A DNA stretch of 64,000 nt from an uncultured delta proteobacterium (GTDB lineage: Bacteria; Myxococcota_A; UBA9160; UBA4427). Below, one piece after another: positions 9,341 to 19,540 of the stretch (its first letter is position 1; every line of letters starts with the position of its first letter). The stretch lies in the NCBI GenBank assembly GCA_963822965.1, contig CAWGJT010000006.1, positions 544,001 through 608,000 of the forward strand, in the 5' to 3' direction. The position numbers were made by a program, and so were the translations under genes. The notes below the pieces were generated by a model that saw nothing but the letters and a program-made list of their open reading frames with translations, was not told where the DNA came from and did no database searches.

Positions 9341-9378
9341 ATTTATTGTTTCCAACACTATCGAATCATGAAATCGAT
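9341..9378 (-). promoter_or_regulatory. AT-rich putative ArsR operator/promoter
   Basis: AT-rich patch containing the imperfect inverted repeat TTCCAA-CACTA-TCGAA, about 60 nt upstream of arsR. Confidence 0.4.
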
Positions 9379-9463
9379 GTCGACCCCTTCCGTCCGGCGA
9401 ATCCGGCGGATCCGGTAGAATGCGCCGCAACCCCTCGGAGACAGGAACGAAATCCGGCAGCCG

Positions 9464-9910
9464 ATGGAGCACCCCGCGACCCCCGGGCGATGGCGCGCGC
9501 GCCTGGCCGCCCTGCCCCCGGGCCTGATCCAGCTCGTTCGCTTCGCGATCGTCGGGGGCCTCGGCACGGTCACGAACCTGGTCCTGTTCTACGTCCTGGT
9601 CGACCTCGGGAGCCTCGCCCCCCTCCTCGGCACCGTCGTCTGCTTCGCGGTGGCCGTGTCCCAGAACTACGTGCTGAACGAGCTGTGGACCTTCGCGACC
9701 GCCGGAGACGGCCGGCTCGCGGGGCGCCGCTACGTGAAGTTCGTCGTCGCGTCGCTCGTAGGCCTCGGGGTGAACCTGGTGGTGCTGGCCGCCTTGATCG
9801 CGATGGTGCAGTTCCCATTGCTCGTGATTCCCCAGGCCGTCGGGATCGGCGCCGGCATGACGGTCAACTTCCTCGCGTCCCGCTCCCTGGTGTTCCACCG
9901 CCGCGACTGA
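9464..9910 (+). CDS. GtrA-family membrane protein (putative lipid-linked sugar flippase)
   Basis: QLVRFAIVGGLGTVTN, NYVLNELWTF, VNFLASRSLVF; four TM segments. Confidence 0.9.
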   Translation: MEHPATPGRWRARLAALPPGLIQLVRFAIVGGLGTVTNLVLFYVLVDLGSLAPLLGTVVCFAVAVSQNYVLNELWTFATAGDGRLAGRRYVKFVVASLVGLGVNLVVLAALIAMVQFPLLVIPQAVGIGAGMTVNFLASRSLVFHRRD

Positions 9911-9961
9911 GCCCGCCCTCGCGGCGGCTCGCGTGATAGGCTCGTTGCCGGGAGGCCCGGC

Positions 9962-10825
9962 ATGCGAGGAGGAATCCGTTCCGGCGAGCTGACTGGCTTC
10001 GAGGTGGCCGTGCGCGATCCGGGCGTGGCCTGGATCCGCTTCAACCGCCCCGACCGCCTGAACGGCATGAACCCGGCGATGAAGCGCGACCTCGTCGAGA
10101 CCCTGCTGCAGGCGCAGATGGACGACGGCGTGCGGGTCGTGGTCTTCACCGGCTCGGGGCGCGCGTTCTGCGCGGGCGACGATCTGAACGCCTATCGGAG
10201 CCCCGACGAGTCCACGCTCGTCCCGCCCATCGCCCCCGGGCACGACACTCCCATGGGCACCTACGACGGCCTGCGCAGCGTCTCCCAGGCCGTGAATCTC
10301 GCCATCCGGAGCCTCGACAAGCTGTCCATCGCGGCCATCAACGGCGTCGCCATCCAGACCGGGCTCTCCCTCGCGCTCGCCTGCGACTTCCGGATCGCGT
10401 CGAGCGACGCGCGGCTGGGCAGCGCCACCCTGCGCTTCGGGCTGATGCCGGACGAGGGCGGGCAGTACCTGCTGGTCCAGCATCTCGGCCTGGCCCGGGC
10501 GATGGACTTCCTGATGCGCAAGCGGATCGTCTCCGCCCACGAGGCCCACGACCTCGGCCTCGTGCACGAGGTCGCGGAGCCAGCGACGCTCGAGACCCGC
10601 ACCTTGGAGCTGGCCCGCGAGCTCGCCGAGGGCCCCCAGGTGGCCATGCGCCTCCTCAAGCGTTCGATCTACAACGCGGCGGAGCTGAGCTTTTCCCAGG
10701 CCCTGGACGAGATCGCCGCCAAGACCGCGGTGAGCGACCACCACCCCGATGCCCGGGAGGGCGTCACGGCGTTCCGGGAGAAGCGCCCTGCCCGCTTCAA
10801 CCGCTGGCTCGAGAAGGACGAGTGA
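9962..10825 (+). CDS. Enoyl-CoA hydratase/isomerase family protein
   Basis: FNRPDRLN, GRAFCAGDDL, AAINGVA, ALACDFRIA, DAREGVTAFREKR. Confidence 0.92.
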   Translation: MRGGIRSGELTGFEVAVRDPGVAWIRFNRPDRLNGMNPAMKRDLVETLLQAQMDDGVRVVVFTGSGRAFCAGDDLNAYRSPDESTLVPPIAPGHDTPMGTYDGLRSVSQAVNLAIRSLDKLSIAAINGVAIQTGLSLALACDFRIASSDARLGSATLRFGLMPDEGGQYLLVQHLGLARAMDFLMRKRIVSAHEAHDLGLVHEVAEPATLETRTLELARELAEGPQVAMRLLKRSIYNAAELSFSQALDEIAAKTAVSDHHPDAREGVTAFREKRPARFNRWLEKDE

Positions 10826-10829
10826 CGGA

Positions 10830-11684
10830 TCAGGCCTGGGAGTAGCCCGAGCCCGGCCGGTCGAAGCCGATGCCACGGCCCTTCTCGATCCAGCCGAACT
10901 CCTTCAGCACGACCTGGCTGTAGGTGACCCGGCCGCTCACCTTCTCGAGGGGCTCCGTGGCGAGCAGCAACGCGGCCTGGGCCATGTACTCCGCGGGCTC
11001 GGCCCGGGGATCCTCCATCCCGCGGACGAGCTTGTGGTGGACGGTGCCCGGGGTCGCCACCACCTGGGACGGCGACACGCAGGTCACCGAGACCCCGTCG
11101 TCGTAGACCTCGGCGGCGAGCCCCTGGGTGAAGCGTTCGAGGGCGGCCTTCTCGGCCCCGTACAGGGTGCCGCCCCGGAAGCGCCGCACCTCCTCGGAGT
11201 AGGGAGCGACGCCCGGGCCGATGGCCGCGCCGCTCGAGATGTTCACGATGGCGCCGGCCCGGCGCTCGATCATCTTGGGCAGCACGAGCTGGGAGAGGTA
11301 GAACGGCGCGTGCACGTTCACCGCGAACGAGCGGTGCCACTTGCCCAGCGGGAAGTCGCGGATCGGGATGAAGTACGTGAGCGCCGCGTTGTTGACCAGC
11401 ACGTCGACGGGGCCGAGCGTCTTCTCCACCTCCGCCACCGCCTGGGCGCAGTTGTCGTACTCCGAGACGTCGCAGGGGAGCGCGAACGCTTCGCCGCCCG
11501 CCGACCGGATCCGGTCCACCGTCCGCGAGAGGGATCCGGCGAAGAGCCGGTGGCCGCCCTCCTCCAGGGTGCGCGCGCTGCAGGCCACCCGCGCGCCCTC
11601 CCGACCGAAGAGCTCGGCGATCTCCTGACCGATCCCGCGACTCGCGCCCGTCACCAGCGCCACCTTCCCATCGAGTCTGCCCAT
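10830..11684 (-). CDS. SDR family oxidoreductase
   Basis: MGRLDGKVALVTGASRGIG, NNAA, YGAEK; start ATG 11684. Confidence 0.9.
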   Translation of the reverse strand: MGRLDGKVALVTGASRGIGQEIAELFGREGARVACSARTLEEGGHRLFAGSLSRTVDRIRSAGGEAFALPCDVSEYDNCAQAVAEVEKTLGPVDVLVNNAALTYFIPIRDFPLGKWHRSFAVNVHAPFYLSQLVLPKMIERRAGAIVNISSGAAIGPGVAPYSEEVRRFRGGTLYGAEKAALERFTQGLAAEVYDDGVSVTCVSPSQVVATPGTVHHKLVRGMEDPRAEPAEYMAQAALLLATEPLEKVSGRVTYSQVVLKEFGWIEKGRGIGFDRPGSGYSQA

Positions 11685-11802
11685 CTTCGTCCCTCCTGGC
11701 CGGCTTTCCCCCGAGCCCTGCGAGTCTACCGCCCTCACGGACGAAACCGCTTCCCGCGCCCCCGACCGCGGCGGTAGAATCGGGCTCACCCGGAGGAGCC
11801 GG

Positions 11803-13383
11803 ATGAACGAGCCCGCCCCGCCCGACTTCCTCGCGACGCCTCGCGACGCCGCCAAGGTGGGCATGCTCATCGCGTTCACCGCGCGCCGCGCCCCGGGTCG
11901 GCCCGCCATCCTGTCGGAGCGCGGCGGCCGGACATACGGCGAGCTCGACGAGCGGGCGAATCGCCTGGTGCGCGCGCTGCGCGCCCGAGGCCTCGCCGCG
12001 GGGGACGCGGTGGCGCTCCTGTGCAGCAACCGGCCGGAGTTCGCCGAGGTGTACGCGGCCTGCCTCCGCGGCGGCTTCCGACTCACCTGCCTCAACTGGC
12101 ACCTGAAGGCGGACGAGGCCGGCTACATCGTGGACGACTGCGAGGCGCGGGCCTTCCTCGCCGAGGCCGACCGCGTGAGCGAGGTGGCGGCGGCCGCCGC
12201 CGAGATGGCGCCCTGCGCCTCCGTGCGCCTGTCCATCGGCGGTGCGATCCCGGGCTTCGAGTCCTACGAGAAGGCGCTCGCCGCGGAGTCGGCCGCGATC
12301 CTCACGGATCCCGTCCGCGGAACCACCATGCTCTACACGTCGGGCACCACCGGACGACCGAAGGGCGTGCATCGCGACACCCCGCCGCCCCCGGACCGCA
12401 CGCCGAACCGCGAGCCGATGGTGCGCGGCGAATCCGTGGTGCTGTGCACGGGTCCCCTGTACCACGCAGCGCCCCTGCAGACCAACCTCGTCCTGCCCCT
12501 TCACCGGGGCGTGACGGTGGTGCTGATGGACCGCTGGGACGCGGAGGAGACCCTGCGGCTCGTGGAGCGACACCGGGTCACCCACACCCACATGGTGGCG
12601 ACCATGTTCCATCGCCTGCTGGCGCTGCCGGAGGAGACGCGCGACCGCTACGACCTCTCGTCCCTGCGTTACGTGCTCCACGGCGCCGCCCCCACCCCCG
12701 TCCACGTCAAGCAGGCCATGATGGACTGGCTGGGACCCCGGCTCTACGAGTACTACGCGGCCACCGAGGGCGGCGGCACCTTCATCACGCCGGAGCAGTG
12801 GCTCGCGAGGCCGGGCAGCGTGGGACCGGCCAACCCCGGGAGACGGGTCGAGATCCTGGACGACGACGGCCGCCGACTCGGCCCCGGCGAGGTGGGCACC
12901 GTCTACTTCGATCGCCCGGAGAGCGGAGCCTTCACGTACTTCAAGGACGCGGACAAGACGGCTTCCGCCTACCGGGACGACCGCTTCACCCTGGGCGACC
13001 ACGGCTACCTGGACGAGGACGGCTATCTCTTCCTCACGGGCCGCACCTCCGAAACCATCATCTCGGCCGGCGTAAACGTCTACCCCGCGGAGGTCGACGC
13101 GGTGCTGCTGATGCACCGCGCGGTGGCCGACGCGGCCACGGTGGGCGTGCCCCACGACGAGCGCGGCGAGGAGGTGAGAGCCGTGGTGCAGCTGGCGCCC
13201 GGTCACGCGCCCTCGGCCGATCTCGCCGCCGAGCTGATCGCCTTCTGCCGCGAGCGCCTCGCACACTTCAAGTGTCCCCGCGGCGTCGACTTCGACCCCG
13301 CGCTGCCCCGGGGCGAAGCCGGAAAGATCCAGCGACACCGCGTACGCGAGCGCTACTGGCCGGATCGACACACGCAAACATAG
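11803..13383 (+). CDS. Acyl-CoA synthetase / AMP-dependent ligase
   Basis: YTSGTTGRPKGV, YYAATEG, TLGDHGYLDEDGY, GVNVYPAEVD, GKIQR. Confidence 0.94.
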   Translation: MNEPAPPDFLATPRDAAKVGMLIAFTARRAPGRPAILSERGGRTYGELDERANRLVRALRARGLAAGDAVALLCSNRPEFAEVYAACLRGGFRLTCLNWHLKADEAGYIVDDCEARAFLAEADRVSEVAAAAAEMAPCASVRLSIGGAIPGFESYEKALAAESAAILTDPVRGTTMLYTSGTTGRPKGVHRDTPPPPDRTPNREPMVRGESVVLCTGPLYHAAPLQTNLVLPLHRGVTVVLMDRWDAEETLRLVERHRVTHTHMVATMFHRLLALPEETRDRYDLSSLRYVLHGAAPTPVHVKQAMMDWLGPRLYEYYAATEGGGTFITPEQWLARPGSVGPANPGRRVEILDDDGRRLGPGEVGTVYFDRPESGAFTYFKDADKTASAYRDDRFTLGDHGYLDEDGYLFLTGRTSETIISAGVNVYPAEVDAVLLMHRAVADAATVGVPHDERGEEVRAVVQLAPGHAPSADLAAELIAFCRERLAHFKCPRGVDFDPALPRGEAGKIQRHRVRERYWPDRHTQT

Positions 13384-13389
13384 AAGCCA

Positions 13390-14311
13390 AGGCGGCGCTG
13401 ACCTTCGGCTGCGGTCGGCCGCACGTGCTGGTGGTGGGACTCGACGGCGCGAACTGGGCGGTCCTCGACCCGCCCATCGACGCGGGCTATCTGCCGAACA
13501 TCGGTCGTCTCGTGCGCCACGGCGCCGGCGCGGGGCTCCTCTGCGAGCCCGCGGATCCGGCCGCGCCGTGCTTCTGTCCGCCGGTCTGGACCTCCGTCGC
13601 CACCGGCGTGACGCGCGGCGAGCACCGCATCCGCAACGTCTTCGACCCTTCGTCCCGGCGCGCCCGCAAGACCATCGGCCGCCCGCGTGGGCGATCTTCG
13701 CCCGGGATCGCGCGGCGATGGCGGCGCTGCTCCAGCTCTCGCTGGCACGGGGCATGGCCGAGCCCTGGGACCGCAAGACCGAGCTCACCATGATGATCCT
13801 GCACGGACCGGACCGGGTGTCCCACCTGCTGTGGGGCGGTCTGCAGGACGTGATGTACGGACCGTTCCACACGGAGGCGCTGCTCGCCCAGGCGGCCGCC
13901 TACGACGGGCCGGTCCTCGAGCCCGGCCCCTTCGGCTGGGGACAGATCGCCGATCCCTACCTGGAGGTCGACGAATGGCTGGGACGACTCCTGCTGACAC
14001 GCCGCTACGACTACATCGTGTTCGTCAGCGACCACGGCATGACGCGGAATCCCAACCCGGGACTGGCGGGGCAACACGACGTGGACTCGACCGAGGCCCA
14101 CACGGGCATCCTGGCGATCCACGGAATGGGCGTGCGCGAGGGCGCCTGGCTCGGGGACGTCTCGGTGCTCGACGTCGCGCCCACTCTCGCGTACCTGCTC
14201 GACCTGCCCGTCGCCCTGGACCTGCCGGGTCGGGTGCTGCGCGAGGCGTTCACCGACGAACGGCTGGAGCGCCGGCCCGCCTATGCGAAGACCGTGATGA
14301 GCTGGGAGTGA
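13390..14311 (+). pseudogene. Alkaline-phosphatase-superfamily (NPP/phosphodiesterase-like) gene remnant with internal deletion and frameshift
   Basis: VLVVGLDGANW...PPVWTSVATG in one frame (to about 13680), then PDRVSH...VSDHG...DVAPTLAYLLDLP in another frame; no clear start; too short for the family. Confidence 0.7.
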
Positions 14312-14396
14312 GCCGGCTCGAGCCGGCTCCTTCCTCTCCGGGCCGGCGGCGCCGCGCCGGCCGGCCGCGCACCCGTCTTCCCCGGCCCTCGCGCCC

Positions 14397-15245
14397 TCAG
14401 GCCGCTTCGTCCGCCGCCCGGATCAGGTGCACGTCGCGCTGGGGGAACGGGATGGAGCAGCCCGCCGCTTCCAGCTCCAGCTTGAGCTCGCGAATCAGAT
14501 CGAAGCGCAGGGCCCAGTACTCGCTTCCCTTGCACCACGGGCGCACCACCAGGTTCACCGAGGAGTCCCCCAGCTCGGACACGGCGATCGTCGTGGCGGG
14601 GTCGGCGAGCACGCGCTTGTCGTTCCCCACCACCCGGGCGATGGTGTCCATGGCCAGCTGGATGTCGTCCGTGTACGAGATGCTCATGACGAGGTCGACG
14701 CGGCGATTCTCGTTGGCCGAGTAGTTCTTGATCGTCGAGCCGTAGATCGACGAGTTCGGCACGGTGATGCGGACGTTGTCCGGCGTATTCAGGATCGTGG
14801 AGAAGATGCCAATCTCCACGACGCTCCCTGCCGTGCCGCCCACCTCGACGTAGTCCCCCGGCCGGAAGGGTCGGAAGAGCAGCAGCATCGTGCCCGCGGC
14901 GAAGTTCGACAGGGTGCCCTGGAGGGCCAGTCCGACCGCCAGACCCGCGGCGCCGAGGACGGCGATGATCGACGTGGTCTGGATGCCGAACAGGTTCAGA
15001 ACGGCCACCAGCACCACGGTGAGGGCGAGGTAGTAGACGGCGCTCGAGATGAAGGGCACCAGCGCCCCGTCCACCTTTCCGCGCTCGAGGGTGTGACGCA
15101 CCGACTTGCGGATCAGACCGGCCACCCACCGACCGACGATCAGGACGATGATGGCGCCCACGACGCTCAGGCCCCAGGTGGAGACGAGCTTCGCGCTCGC
15201 GTCGACGACCTGTCCGACGGTGTTGCTGACTGCGTTGGGATCCAT
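14397..15245 (-). CDS. mscS: Small-conductance mechanosensitive channel
   Basis: LGAAGLAVGLALQGTLSNFAAG, RPFRPGDYVEV, VPNS, RRVDL, IPFPQRDVH. Confidence 0.95.
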   Translation of the reverse strand: MDPNAVSNTVGQVVDASAKLVSTWGLSVVGAIIVLIVGRWVAGLIRKSVRHTLERGKVDGALVPFISSAVYYLALTVVLVAVLNLFGIQTTSIIAVLGAAGLAVGLALQGTLSNFAAGTMLLLFRPFRPGDYVEVGGTAGSVVEIGIFSTILNTPDNVRITVPNSSIYGSTIKNYSANENRRVDLVMSISYTDDIQLAMDTIARVVGNDKRVLADPATTIAVSELGDSSVNLVVRPWCKGSEYWALRFDLIRELKLELEAAGCSIPFPQRDVHLIRAADEAA

Positions 15246-15270
15246 GACTGCCCTCACCCTTTTTGCCAGT

Positions 15271-15302
15271 CCGCGTCTGCCGCGTCTGCCGCGTCTGCCG
15301 CG
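15271..15302. repeat. 9-bp tandem repeat CCGCGTCTG x3.5 upstream of mscS
   Basis: Read directly. Confidence 0.85.
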
Positions 15303-15512
15303 CTCGTCCGTGGCGCTGGTCGGCTCTCGGTTCACGGAGGATCGCTCGTGCACCTCCGCGGAGCGGATGTTACGACACGAGCCGGACTGTCAGCGACGGG
15401 AGATGACGGAAAATCTCGCGCTCCAGCGGGCAGAGCGCGGCCCAGGCGGGGCCGGCAGCCGCTGTTGTCCAGATTTTCGGGGGCAGGGGGCACCAGAGCC
15501 CCCTCCACACGA

Positions 15513-16190
15513 CTAACGCGGCCGCAGGCGTAGCCGGTCGCCGAGGTCCGGGAGGGGCTCGTCCCAGCGCCGGGCGCCCCTCCCCTGAGCGATCGGCCCC
15601 AGGAAGATCTCCACGGCACGCGCCACACGGTCGCGCAGCGACTTCGAGGGGTCGTCGTAGAGCCACTGGATCAGCGTGCCGTGCGAGAGGCTGTCGTAGG
15701 CCCGGGCCAGGTCCTCGGCGCTGTGGTCCGCGCTGATCTCGCTCCGCTGCTGCCCCCGCTCCATCAGCCGGGTGAGCCGCTGGATGGTGAACTCGCGGGC
15801 CTCCGCCGCACCGCCGCCCTCCTCGAGCCCCACTTGCCGCTTGGCGATCTCGCGAAACACGCCCTTGTAGAACGGTCGCACCTGCTCGATGACCTCCCCC
15901 ATGTGATCGCCGAGCGCGCGCAGGAGCGTCGGAACCGGCGTATGCTCGTCGTCCAGCGCGCGATCGAGCATGCCCCCGTAGTAGGAGAGGACGTCCTCGG
16001 TGATCGCGTCCACCAGCGCATGCTTGGACGCGAAGTAGTTGAAGACCGTGGCGCGAGCGACGCCCGCTGTCCGGGCGATCTCGGAGACGGTGACCTCGTC
16101 GAAGCCATGCATCGCGAAGAGCTTCTTGGCGCTCTCGAGGATTCGCTCGCGCTGCTCGATCCGGTTCTGGTCCCGCCTGCTCACGGCCAC
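15513..16190 (-). CDS. TetR/AcrR family regulator
   Basis: RERILESAKKLF..HGFDEVTVSEIARTAGVARATVFNYFASK; start uncertain. Confidence 0.9.
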   Translation of the reverse strand: MAVSRRDQNRIEQRERILESAKKLFAMHGFDEVTVSEIARTAGVARATVFNYFASKHALVDAITEDVLSYYGGMLDRALDDEHTPVPTLLRALGDHMGEVIEQVRPFYKGVFREIAKRQVGLEEGGGAAEAREFTIQRLTRLMERGQQRSEISADHSAEDLARAYDSLSHGTLIQWLYDDPSKSLRDRVARAVEIFLGPIAQGRGARRWDEPLPDLGDRLRLRPR

Positions 16191-16227
16191 GGCCTTCTCC
16201 CGCCTCCATCCGCCTCCAGGAAGATCC

Positions 16228-17295
16228 TCACGGCGCAACCCACGCCGGTCCGGTCTCGGCGCGCACCAGGTCCACCGCGTGCGCCAGGGTGTCGAGCCGA
16301 TCGCTCAGGGTCGTGCCGGCCGGATGCAGCATCAGCGTCGTCACGCCGGCGGCCGCGTACGCGCGGATCCGCTCGCGCACCATCTCGTCGCTGCCGATCA
16401 GGCTGGTCTGGACCACCATCTCGTCGGGAATCCGCCGGACGGCCTGCTCCCGACGGCCGGCGAGCCACAGCCGCTGGCTCTCGACCGCCACGTCTGCGAA
16501 CCGGCCCCGACGGAACGCCGCGTTGTAGAAGTTGTGACGCTCCGATCCCATGGCGCCGAGGGTGAAGGCGAGGCCCTGCTTGCGGGTCTCCAGGGTGCGA
16601 TCCACGTCGTCGCCGAACGCCACGGTGCCGCCCACCTGCAGGTCGAGATCGGCGAGACGGCGGCCCGCGCGCCGCGCGCCCGCTTCGATGTGCTCGAAGA
16701 AGGCGCCGGCGTTCTCGGGCGTGAAGGAGGTGCCGATCCAGCCGTCGGCCAGCTCGCCGGTCAGCTCGAGGCTGCGCGGAGACAGCGTCGCCAGGTAGAC
16801 GGGGATGTCCGGATTCGCCGGCTGGGAGAGGCGAAGGGCCTTGCCCTCGCCGCCGGGTCGGGGGAGCACGAAGTGCTGCCCCCGGTAGGAGAGGGTCTCA
16901 CCCGCGAACGCCTTCCGGACGATCTCGATCGTCTCGCGCATGCGGGTCACCGGCTGGCCGAAGGACACACCGTGCAGGCCCTCGACCACCTGCGGGCCGC
17001 TGGCGCCGAGCCCGAGCACGAAGCGATCGTTCGAGATCGCGGCCAGGGTGAGCGCCGTCATGGCCGTCATCGAGGGGACCCGGGCGCTGATCTGCATGAT
17101 GCCGGTGCCGAGCCGGATCCGCGACGTCCGCGCCGCGATGAAGGCCAGCGGCGCGACGGCGTCCATGCCCCACGCCTCCGCGGACCAGGCGAAGTCCACG
17201 CCGAGGCTCTCCGCCTCGGTGGCGTAGGTGACGACGTCCTGCCAGTCGCGGCGCCGACCGGAGGCGGCCCCACCGATTCCGATTGCGATCTGCAA
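16228..17295 (-). CDS. LLM-class (probably F420-dependent) oxidoreductase
   Basis: WSAEAWGMDA, LGTGIMQISAR.P..TAMTALTL, LGLGASGPQVVEGLHG, GELADGW; probable TTG start after GGAG. Confidence 0.9.
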   Translation of the reverse strand: MQIAIGIGGAASGRRRDWQDVVTYATEAESLGVDFAWSAEAWGMDAVAPLAFIAARTSRIRLGTGIMQISARVPSMTAMTALTLAAISNDRFVLGLGASGPQVVEGLHGVSFGQPVTRMRETIEIVRKAFAGETLSYRGQHFVLPRPGGEGKALRLSQPANPDIPVYLATLSPRSLELTGELADGWIGTSFTPENAGAFFEHIEAGARRAGRRLADLDLQVGGTVAFGDDVDRTLETRKQGLAFTLGAMGSERHNFYNAAFRRGRFADVAVESQRLWLAGRREQAVRRIPDEMVVQTSLIGSDEMVRERIRAYAAAGVTTLMLHPAGTTLSDRLDTLAHAVDLVRAETGPAWVAP

Positions 17296-17366
17296 CGAGG
17301 CTCCCGGACGGTGCAGGCGCCCTCGCGAGCGCCTTCTTTTCGCGGAGGTCGCCATCTTAGCCTGCA

Positions 17367-18713
17367 TCAGCGCCGGAGCGCCCACACGGCGGCCAGGCCC
17401 AGGGCGCCCGCGAACAAGCTCCCCGGGAGCCCGCCCGCGACGGGGACCCGGGCCCGCGGCGCAAACGGCCCGCTCACCTCGTAGGTCGTCCCCGGCAGTC
17501 GCTGCGAGCTGAAGTAGAGCCGCCGGCCGTCGGGAGACAGGGCGGGCCCGGTAATCTCGCTGCCGTCCTGTCCCACGACCTGCACCACGGGCTTCACGCC
17601 ACCATCCGGGGTGAGGGCCACGATCTGCATGTTGCCCCCGTCTTCGGCGACGTAGACGTCGCCCAGGGGTGAGACGTACACGTTGTCCACCCCCGAGAGC
17701 TCCGGAGTCGGGCTGGTGGCCCGGTCGTAGACGATCTCGATCGTGTCCGCGTCGGTGTCGATCCGCCAGATGCGATCGTCTCCCTTGGTGGAGAAGTACA
17801 CGCTCCCCGCGTGATGGAAGCAGCCCTCGCCGCCGTTGAAGCCCGTGGATCCAGGCACCTGGTAGCGCGTCGCGCGCTCCGCCACCGGAAGGTGGCTGGC
17901 GTTCTGCACGCCGCCGCCCGCCGGGTTGGGCTCGGGCACGGGATGCCACGCGAGCGGTCGCTCCTGTCCGGGCTGGATCGCTCCCTGGGCTGCCGGATCC
18001 AGGATCTCCGCCACCTCGAGCCTCCCGGCCGAGAGGTCGGGATAGCCGGCCGGCGACAGGCGGTACAGCCGGCCCGACGGCTTGTCCTCCGTGAGATGGA
18101 CCGTGTGGTGGACGGGATCCACGGCCGCCGCCTCGTGGGAGAACGTTCCGAGGCCGGCCCGGAGACCACCCTGGGACCCGGGCGCGAACGGATCGCACTC
18201 GTAGACGCGTCCCCCGTCGACCTCCTCGCACGAGAGCCAGGTGCCCCAGGGCGTCGCGCCCCCGGCACAGTTGTGCGTCGTTCCCGTCAGGATCGGGTAC
18301 GCGCCGACGACCGCCCCGTCCGCGGCGAAGCGCAACGCTCCGACCCCGCTGGAGCCGCTGCCGAGCTCACTGTTCGAGACATAGACCCAGCCGCCGTCGG
18401 ACGCCGGAAAGACGGCGCCGCCGTCGGGCGCGGCATGCCAGGTGTACCCGCTTCCCGGCACCACCTGCCCCGTCACGGCCACGACCCGCGACCGAAAGCC
18501 CGGCGGCAGCATCAGGCCGTTGGCGTCCGGCGGCTGCAACGGCCCGATGTCGTCGACGCCGGACGCGCGCGCTACCGGTACGACCACCGACCCGCCGGCC
18601 AGACCCAGACCCAGGACCGTGGCGCCGCGGATTCCGCGACGAAGCAGGTCGCGACGCGACAGCGGCGGTAGCGGCGAGAGGAGCGGAGAGCCGGCAGCGG
18701 CTTCGTCGGTCAT
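17367..18713 (-). CDS. phoX: PhoX/DUF839-family alkaline phosphatase with Tat signal and C-terminal membrane anchor
   Basis: SRRDLL twin-arginine signal; DANGLMLPPGF, APDGGAVF, YVSNSE, NCAGGATPWGTWLSCEE, FSHEAAAVD, GGEG, DNV, SEITGPA. Confidence 0.88.
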   Translation of the reverse strand: MTDEAAAGSPLLSPLPPLSRRDLLRRGIRGATVLGLGLAGGSVVVPVARASGVDDIGPLQPPDANGLMLPPGFRSRVVAVTGQVVPGSGYTWHAAPDGGAVFPASDGGWVYVSNSELGSGSSGVGALRFAADGAVVGAYPILTGTTHNCAGGATPWGTWLSCEEVDGGRVYECDPFAPGSQGGLRAGLGTFSHEAAAVDPVHHTVHLTEDKPSGRLYRLSPAGYPDLSAGRLEVAEILDPAAQGAIQPGQERPLAWHPVPEPNPAGGGVQNASHLPVAERATRYQVPGSTGFNGGEGCFHHAGSVYFSTKGDDRIWRIDTDADTIEIVYDRATSPTPELSGVDNVYVSPLGDVYVAEDGGNMQIVALTPDGGVKPVVQVVGQDGSEITGPALSPDGRRLYFSSQRLPGTTYEVSGPFAPRARVPVAGGLPGSLFAGALGLAAVWALRR

Positions 18714-18828
18714 CTCTCCCCCCCTCCTCTCGGACCAGTGTGCCCGAAGTCGCGCTCGAGCACTCGTCCGGATTGCAGCGCGCACCCGCGCACTGGATGG
18801 GAGCTGCGGCGGTTCGTATCATGCGCCC

Positions 18829-19320
18829 ATGTCGATTCGAACCGCGGGCCACGCCAGGCCGCGAGGCAGCATCCTGATCCTGGTGGCCGGCGGGATCCTC
18901 GCGGCGGCGGGGGTGGGCTGCGCGACCTCGCACACCTACATCGCGGAGGTGGGCCTGCAGGGGGCGATCGGCGGCACGTGCATCATGGGCGCCCTCGACT
19001 CGGAGCCCGACGTCGTCGACCTGATCCGGACGAGCGAGAGCGAGATCTCCTTCCGCGTCTCGCTCCCCGGCGTGAAGCGCAAGCACTGGCCGGCGTTCTC
19101 GATCTCCGAGGAGCAGGACCCGGACGGGGCTCCCCTCCTCTCGCTCTCGACCGACTATGAGACCGGCTGGCTCGAGCCCGACGCGCAGGCGCAGCTGCAG
19201 CGCGCCCGAAGGCTGGCCAGCGACATCACCGAAGGCTGCACGGGACATCGCCCCACCCTGGGCGAGGCCCGGGCCTGCGGCGCCGGGGAACGCGACGACC
19301 TGTGCGTGACGGGGCGCTGA
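18829..19320 (+). CDS. Hypothetical lipoprotein
   Basis: Basic N-terminus, hydrophobic stretch and lipobox GVGC; GC3-biased codons; further Cys residues. Confidence 0.7.
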   Translation: MSIRTAGHARPRGSILILVAGGILAAAGVGCATSHTYIAEVGLQGAIGGTCIMGALDSEPDVVDLIRTSESEISFRVSLPGVKRKHWPAFSISEEQDPDGAPLLSLSTDYETGWLEPDAQAQLQRARRLASDITEGCTGHRPTLGEARACGAGERDDLCVTGR

Positions 19321-19540
19321 GCGCGTCCCGCGCCCCTCGGGCGCGAGCGCGCCGCGCTCCGACCGGGTCCTTCTGCGGAACCCAGCCCGGACGAGGCCGT
19401 CGTCGCCGGACGCCGTGAGCTCCCGCGCCGCCCGTACGCTGCATTGACCTTGCCGGAGGGGTGGGAGAAGATGCGCATGGGTCGCGTGGCGCCTTCGCAA
19501 CGGGGTGCGCCGGCGGCTTCGACCGGACGGCTCGAGAGGC

